Shown one piece after another: positions 7,118 through 15,499 of a DNA stretch of 54,824 nucleotides; positions within the stretch are counted from its first letter, which is position 1, and each line of letters opens with the position of its first letter. Location of the stretch: positions 1 to 54,824 of IMG/VR virus record IMGVR_UViG_3300031602_000003, one strand, 5' to 3'. The notes below the pieces were generated by a model. That model was not told the origin of the DNA, made no database searches, and saw only the letters and a program-made list of their open reading frames with translations. This stretch comes from a virus. Taxonomy: Duplodnaviria > Caudoviricetes. Made by a program: the position numbers and the translations under genes.

Positions 7118-8935
7118 ATGGCTGATATTAAACTCTCAGACCTGACCCTTAAAACTGGGAATATGGTTGCTTCTGATCTTGTGGAAATTACTGAAGGTGG
7201 TAATACTTCGAAATCAGTTACAGGTACGAAGATCATTGACATGGTTACAAGTGCCTCTGTCGTCACAGCTAATACTGCAAAGGTAACATACCCAAGTTCA
7301 GCTAGTACCAAACTGGCAGGCATTGAAGCTTCTGCAACAGCAGACCAGACAGATGCAGAGATAAGAGCTGCAGTTGAAGCAGCTACTGATTCCAACGTGT
7401 TTACCGATACAGACCACACTAAGTTGAATGCAATAGAAGCTAGTGCCACAGCTGATCAGACTAACGATGAGATTAAGGCAGCTATTGAAGCTGCGAGCGA
7501 CAGCAACACATTTACTGATGCAGATCATACAAAGCTAAATGCTATTGAGGCCAGTGCAGATGTGACTGATTCTACTAATGTTGTAGCTGCACTTACAGCA
7601 GGAACAGGAATTACTATTGCATCTAATGGTACTATTGCAGCAGGCCCACTTGCAGTAACAACAGTACAAGTAGCTAGTAGTGAGTCTGCACAGTTAGCTT
7701 TAACTGCTGAAGAGGGTGATGTTGTAGTTCGTTCTGATGAAGATAAAACCTACATGCACAATAGTGGCACGGCAGGAACTATGGACGACTACACTCTTTT
7801 GGCTACTCCAACAGGTGGTGTGAGCAGTGTAAATAGTGTTACAGGTACTGTGACTGCTGCACATATAGCAACCGCAGTTGAAGCAGCAAGTGGTTCAAAT
7901 ACATTCACAGATGCTGACCACACTAAATTAAATGCTATAGAAGCTTCAGCAGATGTGACTGATGCTACAAACGTAACTGCAGCTGGAGCATTGATGGACA
8001 GTGAGTTGGCTGGTATTGCTGCGGTAAAAGCAACCACAGGCACTTTCCTAACAGCCGACCAAAGTAAATTAGACGGAATAGCAGCAAGTGCCAACAACTA
8101 TGTTCATCCTAATCACTCTGGTGAGGTAACGTCTACTGCAGATGGTGCAACTGTAGTTGCTGATAATGTAGTTGATGAAGCCAATCTTAAAGTCTCCAAC
8201 TCTCCAACAAATGCATATGTTCTTACAGCTCAGTCTGGTGCAAGTGGTGGCCTAACCTGGGCAGAAGCTGCTGCAGGCGGTTATACAGCAGCTACTTCAG
8301 CACCTTCCTCTCCTTCCGATGGCGATCATTGGTTTGATACAGCTACAGGAATATTATATGTCAGGGTCGCTAGTAACTGGATAGATGTAAACACTGCTGC
8401 GTCTGGCCCAGCTGCTGCCGCTGCCACAGGTGGGTCTATGACACATGTTAGCACAGCAACAGTATCAGGAACTAGTACAGCCGAAGTTATTGTAGCAGTA
8501 GACAATACATATAAGACATATAAAATATATGCTTCATGGGAAGTACGGGCTGATAGTAATAGTAGTATTGAGCAGCGTTTCACAGATGGTGGTACAGCAG
8601 TAACAGATAACGCAGCTTACACAGGGGCTAGACAATATAATGGGGCAGGTAGTGCTGTAAATGGTAATGGTAAAATGGTGACAGCTTATCCTGATAGTAA
8701 TCTTCCAATAGCTTCTCAGGAATGGACAATTTTTATGGACGGTAATAATATAAAAAAAGTTATCTTTAGTTACGGAATTACAAGGGCTAATCAAGGTAGT
8801 TCTGTAGTTGCACAGGGTACTTTTTCTCCGCATAATTACAGTGCGAGTGGGAATATAGACGGTATTTCGTGGAAATCTCCTAACACTCAATTTAAAGCGG
8901 GTAGCACTTTCATACTTTACGGATTAGCAGAATAA
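7118..8935 (+). CDS. fibre protein with 37-aa internal repeats
   Basis: Ala/Thr/Ser-rich 605 aa; repeated FTDADHTKLNAIEASA; APSSPSDGDHWFDT fibre junction motif; beta-rich C-terminal domain. Confidence 0.8.
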   Translation: MADIKLSDLTLKTGNMVASDLVEITEGGNTSKSVTGTKIIDMVTSASVVTANTAKVTYPSSASTKLAGIEASATADQTDAEIRAAVEAATDSNVFTDTDHTKLNAIEASATADQTNDEIKAAIEAASDSNTFTDADHTKLNAIEASADVTDSTNVVAALTAGTGITIASNGTIAAGPLAVTTVQVASSESAQLALTAEEGDVVVRSDEDKTYMHNSGTAGTMDDYTLLATPTGGVSSVNSVTGTVTAAHIATAVEAASGSNTFTDADHTKLNAIEASADVTDATNVTAAGALMDSELAGIAAVKATTGTFLTADQSKLDGIAASANNYVHPNHSGEVTSTADGATVVADNVVDEANLKVSNSPTNAYVLTAQSGASGGLTWAEAAAGGYTAATSAPSSPSDGDHWFDTATGILYVRVASNWIDVNTAASGPAAAAATGGSMTHVSTATVSGTSTAEVIVAVDNTYKTYKIYASWEVRADSNSSIEQRFTDGGTAVTDNAAYTGARQYNGAGSAVNGNGKMVTAYPDSNLPIASQEWTIFMDGNNIKKVIFSYGITRANQGSSVVAQGTFSPHNYSASGNIDGISWKSPNTQFKAGSTFILYGLAE

Positions 8936-8946
8936 AGGAAAATAAT

Positions 8947-9189
8947 ATGCAAAAATTAGTTAACGGAGTTGTTATAGACCTTACAGAAGCTGAAGAAGCA
9001 CAAAGGGTAGTAGACGATGAAGCAGCAGACGCAGAATATCTTTTAAACGGACATAAGGCGTTAAGGCAAGCTGCATACCCACCTATAGAAGATTACTTAG
9101 ATGGTATCGTTAAGGGTGACACTGCCCAAGTTGATAAATATATAGCTGATTGTGCAGCTGTTAAAACATTATATCCAAAAGGAAGTTAA
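8947..9189 (+). CDS. putative fibre assembly chaperone
   Basis: LRQAAYPPIEDYLD...AVKTLYPK pattern typical of small proteins following fibre genes. Confidence 0.65.
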   Translation: MQKLVNGVVIDLTEAEEAQRVVDDEAADAEYLLNGHKALRQAAYPPIEDYLDGIVKGDTAQVDKYIADCAAVKTLYPKGS

Positions 9190-10863
9190 ATGACAGCCTA
9201 TACATACAGCGGAAGTTTTCCTGGCAGTCCCCAAACTAACGATACATTAGTGATTAACAGTGTATCTTACACCTACTCGTCTAAAGGTGCTTGGGTTGTG
9301 ACGGGGGGTGGCCTTGAAGGTACAGCAGTATTATCTACTGGAGAATCTGGCGGCTCTAAATTATTAAGGGAAGACGGTGATGGCACTTCTTCATGGCAGA
9401 CAATAACAACAATCACTGGTGGACAGGCTTCTGCTATCACAGCCAATACAGCTAAGACAGGTATTACATCAGGACAGGCTTCTGCTATTGTGGCAAATAC
9501 TGCTAAGGATACCAATGTAGTTCAGACTACAGTATCAGGTAACGCAGGCACAGCTACTACTTTAGCAACCGCAAGAACGATTGCAGGAGTTTCATTTAAT
9601 GGCTCTGCTAGTATCTCTTTGAACAACAACGCCATTACAAACGGTGCAGGGTATACGACTAATGTAGGTGATATCACAGGTGTGACAGCAGGTAGTGGGA
9701 TGTCAGGTGGGGGTACTAGCGGTACAGTTACACTGACTAACTCATCTCCTAATGTTGTTCAGACTACGGTGTCTGGAAACGCAGGTACAGTAACTAATGG
9801 GGTTTACACTACAGGTACTCAAACTATAGGTGGTGTTAAGACTTTCTCTAGTAATGCCGTTTTCGGTGGTTCTGTCACAACGACAGCAGGAGGTACTTCA
9901 GGTGCAGCAGCAGTGGCTAACTTTGATGATGTTAGGATTGACAGTGACGCTCATTGTGGCCTTCAATTCTCAGGTGGTTCATCGGGTGAAATGCAAATAA
10001 GTTTTGGTGATGCTGGTGACCCCAATGCAGGGCGTATAAACTACCAAAACTCTAGTAATGAGATGCACTTTTTCACGAACGGTAGCCTCGCTTTTGACAT
10101 AGACAGCTCACAAGATGCCACCTTTGCAGGTACAATATCAGGGAACGGTTCAGGCATCACTACCCTCAACGGTTCTAATATATCTTCTGGTACAGTAGCT
10201 GCTGCGAGAGTAGCTACACTGAACCAAAACACTACAGGTTCTTCTGGCTCTTGTACGGGTAACGCTGCTACAGTTACTAATGGAGTATATACTACTGGAA
10301 CTCAGACTATTGGTGGTACAAAAACATTCTCTAGTAATGTCACTGTTAGCGGCACACTTAGTGTTCGCACAGCTATTGACCTAGCGGATAATGATATTTT
10401 GAGGTTTGGTTCTGGCGATGATGTAGAGTTTTTCTGTAACGGTTCACATATGTATACTGACTTGAATAGTGGTATTGGCAATTGGTACATCCGTGATGGA
10501 AGTAGTACACGATTTACGTTTAATGATAACGGATCATTTACAGCCACATCAAATATCACAGCGTATTCTGACCGAAAACTAAAAGCTAATCTTGAAGTTA
10601 TACCAAATGCGTTAGATAAAATATCGGCACTTACAGGTTACACGTATGACCGAATTGATATGGAGGGTGTAAGACAAAGTGGTCTTATTGCCCAAGACGT
10701 ACAGAAAGTGTTGCCCGAAGTTGTTGTCAATAATGTAGACCCTGAGACGAAAGAAGAAACATTATCTGTTGCCTATGGTAACATGGTCGGATTACTTATT
10801 GAGGCTGTAAAAGAACTTAACACTAAAGTGGATGACTTACAGAAACAACTAGAGGACAAGTAA
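9190..10863 (+). CDS. tail fibre with C-terminal intramolecular chaperone (peptidase S74)
   Basis: Gly/Thr/Ser-rich; TQTIGGxKTFSS repeats; ITAY-SDRKLKANL cleavage motif, GLIAQDVQKVLPEVV, YGNMVGLLIEAVKEL coiled coil. Confidence 0.92.
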   Translation: MTAYTYSGSFPGSPQTNDTLVINSVSYTYSSKGAWVVTGGGLEGTAVLSTGESGGSKLLREDGDGTSSWQTITTITGGQASAITANTAKTGITSGQASAIVANTAKDTNVVQTTVSGNAGTATTLATARTIAGVSFNGSASISLNNNAITNGAGYTTNVGDITGVTAGSGMSGGGTSGTVTLTNSSPNVVQTTVSGNAGTVTNGVYTTGTQTIGGVKTFSSNAVFGGSVTTTAGGTSGAAAVANFDDVRIDSDAHCGLQFSGGSSGEMQISFGDAGDPNAGRINYQNSSNEMHFFTNGSLAFDIDSSQDATFAGTISGNGSGITTLNGSNISSGTVAAARVATLNQNTTGSSGSCTGNAATVTNGVYTTGTQTIGGTKTFSSNVTVSGTLSVRTAIDLADNDILRFGSGDDVEFFCNGSHMYTDLNSGIGNWYIRDGSSTRFTFNDNGSFTATSNITAYSDRKLKANLEVIPNALDKISALTGYTYDRIDMEGVRQSGLIAQDVQKVLPEVVVNNVDPETKEETLSVAYGNMVGLLIEAVKELNTKVDDLQKQLEDK

Positions 10864-11868
10864 ATGACACTACAGTCTTCAGGAGCAATTACCCTTGCAC
10901 AAATCCAAGCAGAGTTTGGAGGATCTAATCCTGCAAGCTTAAGTGAATACTATCGGGGTGGGTCGTATGTGCCGAACACAACTACAAACTCTAGTATTCC
11001 TACGTCTGGTACGATTACTATGTCAAACTTTTATTCAGGATCAAATGCAGCACCTGCATGGTCAATGGGTAACTTCTCAAGCCAAAGTAATAAAACACGT
11101 AATAGCTACTACTACTCTAACACATTAACAGCTTCATCTACTGGTACTGTTTCAGTATCTGCAGGAGGCACATCATCATATAAAAAATTCAAAGTAAATG
11201 GTGGAGGCTTAGTAACCTCAGCAAGTATAGCTAATGGTAATACCTTGCGTATGAGAATACGGGCCAGTGGTTCTTACTCTTCTACAGTAACAGGTACAAT
11301 AGCTGGTAATGGCAACACCTCTTCGTTCTCCGTAACCACAGGTGGTGCCCCTTCTCCTCCACCGCCTTCTCCACCGCCACCGACTAGTTCTTGTTTAGCA
11401 GCAAGTATGCCAATATTTATTCAAGGTGCGTCTGTAGAAGAAACAATTGGTGATCTGGTTGCAGGGGATCAAGTGACCTCCTTTAACTCACCAACCATAA
11501 TTGATGAAACTAATCCTAATTGGGAATCTTGGTCAGAAGACGATATCTCAGATGGATCTAATGTAGTAACAAGTGTTATTAGAGCAGATGCGTTTCTTGT
11601 TGGGCGGTATATTAGAATCAATGGACAGGTAGACTGTACAGAGCCGCATCCACTTCTAGTTCAAAGATCTAATCTTTGGCAGTGGATTAGGGCTAGTGCG
11701 TTAGTTGTGGGAGATAATTTGTATGGTATTGACGCTTCAGCAATTCCTATAACTTCTCTTGAAACAATTGACGGTCAATTACAGGTAGTTGATGTCGGTG
11801 CAGAAACCGTAGATACTTATTTTGCAGGTAAAATTGACGGTGTGTATATTCTTAACCACAATAAATAA
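10864..11868 (+). CDS. putative fibre-tip adhesin with Ser-Pro4 linker and C-terminal Hint (intein-like) domain
   Basis: N-terminal SGAITLAQIQAEFGG..SLSEYYRGG attachment motif; PSPPPPSPPPP; Hint Cys1 CLAASMPI (C177), TEPH block B, terminal ILNHN-K. Confidence 0.85.
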   Translation: MTLQSSGAITLAQIQAEFGGSNPASLSEYYRGGSYVPNTTTNSSIPTSGTITMSNFYSGSNAAPAWSMGNFSSQSNKTRNSYYYSNTLTASSTGTVSVSAGGTSSYKKFKVNGGGLVTSASIANGNTLRMRIRASGSYSSTVTGTIAGNGNTSSFSVTTGGAPSPPPPSPPPPTSSCLAASMPIFIQGASVEETIGDLVAGDQVTSFNSPTIIDETNPNWESWSEDDISDGSNVVTSVIRADAFLVGRYIRINGQVDCTEPHPLLVQRSNLWQWIRASALVVGDNLYGIDASAIPITSLETIDGQLQVVDVGAETVDTYFAGKIDGVYILNHNK

Positions 11869-11881
11869 TAGTGGAATTTAA

Positions 11882-13231
11882 ATGCAAGTTAGAAATAATG
11901 TTACAGAAGAGTGGCATGGTTGGATTAAGGATAACGAGGGCTTAGATAAAACAGAGATGTTTAAAAGGCTTCTCGCTGAAGACTTTAATTTCATGTCAAT
12001 CAGTAAGGCGTTAAGCTTTGTTCCTACAGTCAATATGGAATGGTTTACTAACCCTGTTGTTGCTACTGGGGAATCAGAACCAATTGTTATTGCAGGAGGC
12101 ACTAAGATTGAGAATGATAAGATTGAGATGTGGGTTCTTGATGGGTTCTTAAATGAACAAGAGTGCAAGTCATTAATTAAAACCACTAAAAACAACATGA
12201 ATCCTTCTGGGGTAGACACACCAAATCCCTCTCCTGATATTAGAACAAGCAGAACGAGCTTTTCCGTTGGAGCATCATCTGAATTAGGTAAGAAGTTAGA
12301 ATGGCGTATATGCCAACTAACTGGATTAGATCCTAGACATGCTGAGACCTTGCAAGGTTGCCATTATGAGATAGGAGAAGAGTATAAAGAACATCCTGAT
12401 TTCTTCGATCCCTCCACTTCAAATAAAATAGGCAAACTAGGGCAGCGTAGTTACACAGTAATGATATATCTGAACGATGTAGAAGAGGGAGGAGAGACTG
12501 TTTTCCCTAAGTGTGGCATTTCATTAACACCTAAACAAGGAACGGTTGTTGTTTGGAACAACTTAAACTCTGACGGCAGTCTTAATCACAACTCTGTACA
12601 TATGGCAAAACCAGTGCTTAAGGGGGCTAAGACTATTATTACAAAGTGGTTTAGAACTAGCAAAGGGCTGCCTGTTTTCAGTGATATTACGGAACATGCA
12701 CCTAGATACACCGAAAAAGGTTTTGAGATAACTGCGCTATTTGACACACAATTTAAACGCATTACAGAGATTTACGAAGCCCATAAAAAAGATGAGCAGC
12801 CAGAGTCAGTCCCAAGATACCTTACTTCAGTTAACAACAACATACCTTCTACGGTCATGCCCTTCACAGAAGAAGAAGGTATGGAAATATCTGATATGGT
12901 TCAATCCCGATTAGAGGAGTGGGCCGGAGTAGAACTAGAACCAACTACCCAATATGGCTTCAGGGACTATAAGAGGGGAGCAGTGCTAAGTATTCATAGG
13001 GATAGGGAAAATACACACATTGTCTCCGCTATTATTAATATAGCACAAATTGTTGATGAAGAGTGGTATCTTAATGTTGAGGACTATTATAACCATAAAC
13101 ACGAAATAGCACTACAACCACAGTGTATGGTTTTTTATGAGGGACGTAATTTATTGCATGGCAGAGCCCAGCCATTTGAAGGTGATAGCTATGTTAATTT
13201 ATTTATACACTTTAAAGAAAAGGTGACATAA
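11882..13231 (+). CDS. two-domain 2OG-Fe(II) oxygenase; N-terminal prolyl 4-hydroxylase-like domain
   Basis: RTS, HPDFF (HxD), TVMIYLNDVEEGGETVFP, H-x9-K (VHMAKPVLKGAK), TKWFR; second domain with IHRD...LLHGR. Confidence 0.9.
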   Translation: MQVRNNVTEEWHGWIKDNEGLDKTEMFKRLLAEDFNFMSISKALSFVPTVNMEWFTNPVVATGESEPIVIAGGTKIENDKIEMWVLDGFLNEQECKSLIKTTKNNMNPSGVDTPNPSPDIRTSRTSFSVGASSELGKKLEWRICQLTGLDPRHAETLQGCHYEIGEEYKEHPDFFDPSTSNKIGKLGQRSYTVMIYLNDVEEGGETVFPKCGISLTPKQGTVVVWNNLNSDGSLNHNSVHMAKPVLKGAKTIITKWFRTSKGLPVFSDITEHAPRYTEKGFEITALFDTQFKRITEIYEAHKKDEQPESVPRYLTSVNNNIPSTVMPFTEEEGMEISDMVQSRLEEWAGVELEPTTQYGFRDYKRGAVLSIHRDRENTHIVSAIINIAQIVDEEWYLNVEDYYNHKHEIALQPQCMVFYEGRNLLHGRAQPFEGDSYVNLFIHFKEKVT

Positions 13232-13235
13232 TATT

Positions 13236-13841
13236 ATGCTTTACTGTACGGGTGCTCCTAAATCAGGAACACATTTGCTTTTAAAGGCACTACGTTTGTT
13301 TGGAGACGATTGTCTTCAGGCAATCCATAGTCACAAAGACCATAACTTTCCGTGGGATGCTGTTGATAGGCGTGTACATATTATACGAAACCCTCGGAAT
13401 GTTCTTATAAGTTGGGCTAGATATCAGCATCTGCCCCGAAACGATGAGACAATTATTGGTAGTATGGATTATACCATTCAGCGTATGCGAGGACATTTCG
13501 GATGGATAGCAGAAGAACATTGTTTAACTGTCCGATTCGAAGAATTATTAACAGACCCTGGTGTGATTAAAAAAATAGGTGAGTACTTGGATAAACCTCT
13601 TATTAAGGGCCATTTTGAAGCACTTTGGGGAGGCACGTCCACGTTTACAAATGACCTAACTGACTGGAGGGACTTCTGGACTGTTGATGTGAAAAAAGCA
13701 TGGGTTGCAAAAGGTGGGGTTGAGATTGAAAATAAGATGTGCTATTTTAATGGGGATGAAAAAGTTTTAGAGAAAAGTAATGGTTATCAGTATACTGGTG
13801 CGCATCATTATCTTTCTAACTTACAAATAAAGGATAAGTGA
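13236..13841 (+). CDS. PAPS-dependent sulfotransferase
   Basis: GAPKSGTHLL (5'-PSB loop), IIRNPRNVLIS (3'-PB motif), VRFEELL. Confidence 0.85.
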   Translation: MLYCTGAPKSGTHLLLKALRLFGDDCLQAIHSHKDHNFPWDAVDRRVHIIRNPRNVLISWARYQHLPRNDETIIGSMDYTIQRMRGHFGWIAEEHCLTVRFEELLTDPGVIKKIGEYLDKPLIKGHFEALWGGTSTFTNDLTDWRDFWTVDVKKAWVAKGGVEIENKMCYFNGDEKVLEKSNGYQYTGAHHYLSNLQIKDK

Positions 13842-13842
13842 A

Positions 13843-14391
13843 ATGGAAGGCCCACGCGTTACCCAAAATGGTGATACACGCATTACTGAAGCCAGTACTT
13901 TTCGAATTACTGAAGAGTATATACGCGTATGGGCGCTAACCCCTAACTCCGTCAGCCTGGGGGTAACCACAACAAGCCCAGAAGTAGCTTTTGATATAGC
14001 TGTTCTATCCGCGACAGCCAATCTAGTTACAAGTAGCACAAGTTCTGCAGTTATGGTTGATGTGGATGTAGATATTGTGTCCGCTACAGTAGCACTGTCA
14101 ACCACATCTGCTAATACCGTAGTGATTGTTGATATTGATGTTGAAGTCACTTCTATACCTCCTGCACTGGCTCTTGCCTCCTCAGATTCTTCAGTGGTTG
14201 TTGAAATAGATGTTGAAATAATAGCAACTTCAGATACATTAGGAATTACCCCCACAACTACAATAATAAGATTTGGGCCGATTCAAGTAACAGAGGGGTA
14301 TATAATGACAATACCTGTTCTTGATAGAGCTATTACTATTAAGAAGACAGACAGAAATATGGAATATTACACAAAAAGGAAGTCGCTATGA
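13843..14391 (+). CDS. putative structural protein with 24-aa beta repeats
   Basis: N-terminal RVTQNGDTRITE..RITE motif; four ~24-aa V/I/S/T-rich repeats. Confidence 0.65.
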   Translation: MEGPRVTQNGDTRITEASTFRITEEYIRVWALTPNSVSLGVTTTSPEVAFDIAVLSATANLVTSSTSSAVMVDVDVDIVSATVALSTTSANTVVIVDIDVEVTSIPPALALASSDSSVVVEIDVEIIATSDTLGITPTTTIIRFGPIQVTEGYIMTIPVLDRAITIKKTDRNMEYYTKRKSL

Positions 14392-14714
14392 TATATGTAT
14401 GGAAAGAACCCCTGGATCATACAGGAGATCACACATATGAGATAGATTTCACAAAAGAAATGACAGCGTTAAACACGACATTAAATGATGTCACTGTTAT
14501 CTTGGGAACAGCTGCTATTGCTGCAGGTCTAGAAGTGGATCATATTACCTTGGCAGATCCAGCAGTTAAAGTTTCTTTTAAATTTCGGATTCCTCTCGCT
14601 GCTAACCAAGTGTTTACAAAGACAGGCAAACCACTGGGAATGCAGGTAAGATACACTACAGCAAGTGGTGAAATAGACGCTTTTGAAGCAGCGGTGCATA
14701 TTAAAAACAAATAA
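14388..14714 (+). CDS. putative fibre adaptor / small beta-sandwich structural protein
   Basis: PLDHTGDHTYEIDF resembles the KDP..DY..DW motif of phage fibre-adaptor proteins; ATGA-coupled. Confidence 0.55.
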   Translation: MIYVWKEPLDHTGDHTYEIDFTKEMTALNTTLNDVTVILGTAAIAAGLEVDHITLADPAVKVSFKFRIPLAANQVFTKTGKPLGMQVRYTTASGEIDAFEAAVHIKNK

Positions 14715-14779
14715 ACGTGTTGAGTTTTACTATGTTAACACGTTATAGTAAGTTTTTTAATAACTGAGATATAACAACT

Positions 14780-15499
14780 ATGAGCGATGTACTCACCAAA
14801 GAGCAATTTATTAGGGTGCTGCCTAAAAAACTAAATCATGCTATTAGCGATTCTGTAATAGATCAGATAAATCAGATCACTGCAGACCCTATTATAAAAG
14901 AGAGTTTTAGGGAAAACATTCTTAGTTACACAAATGTAATGAAAGACGGCAAGTTCAAAATACAACAGTATATTGATGCGGTCAGATATGTTAGCCATAA
15001 ATTGTTTGGGTCATCCAATGTTGAAGCTTATACAAAGACCTTCCCAGATAGATATCAACGATTTTTAAATCAGGCAACGTCCCAAAAAGACATTGCTAGT
15101 TATGTGGCGTCTTACAATAAGACTAAGTTGGTCAATCTTATATTTGAGCAGACGCTTGTACCTACCCATATTCTTAATGCGGATATGTATCAGAAAGCGT
15201 TGAATGCACAAGCAGAGCTTATGATGACATCCAACAGCGATAAAGTAAGATCTGATGCTGCTAACAGTTTGTTAACTCATCTGAGAATGCCTGAAGCCAA
15301 TAAGATTGAATTAGACATATCTGTTAAAGAAGATAAGTCCATTACTGAGCTGCGTAACTCCACATTAGAGTTAGTGAAAACTCAAAGAGCTATGATTGTT
15401 GATGGAACAATGAATGCAAGAGAAGTAGCACACAGTAAGTTGCTAATAGCTGAAGACGACAGTATTCTAGACGCGGAGTACAATGATGTTAGCAACTGA
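14780..15499 (+). CDS. N4 gp69-like protein (candidate terminase small subunit)
   Basis: Directly upstream of terL; YIDAVRYVSHKL, AYTKTFPDRY, SDKVRSDAANSLLTHL motifs of the N4-like conserved gene. Confidence 0.8.
   Translation: MSDVLTKEQFIRVLPKKLNHAISDSVIDQINQITADPIIKESFRENILSYTNVMKDGKFKIQQYIDAVRYVSHKLFGSSNVEAYTKTFPDRYQRFLNQATSQKDIASYVASYNKTKLVNLIFEQTLVPTHILNADMYQKALNAQAELMMTSNSDKVRSDAANSLLTHLRMPEANKIELDISVKEDKSITELRNSTLELVKTQRAMIVDGTMNAREVAHSKLLIAEDDSILDAEYNDVSN

Noticed and set aside
11392-11868. Canonical mobile intein
   Set aside because: No C-extein (a single Lys then stop), no +1 nucleophile and no homing endonuclease.
7118-11868. Diversity-generating retroelement or invertible tail-fibre switch
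   Set aside because: No reverse transcriptase, invertase or near-identical TR/VR pair seen; repeats are in-frame protein repeats with synonymous divergence.
14714-14749. Late promoter TTGAGT-N18-TATAGT or terminator upstream of the gp69-like gene
   Set aside because: Plausible but ambiguous: it overlaps an inverted repeat in AT-rich DNA and cannot be assigned from sequence alone.
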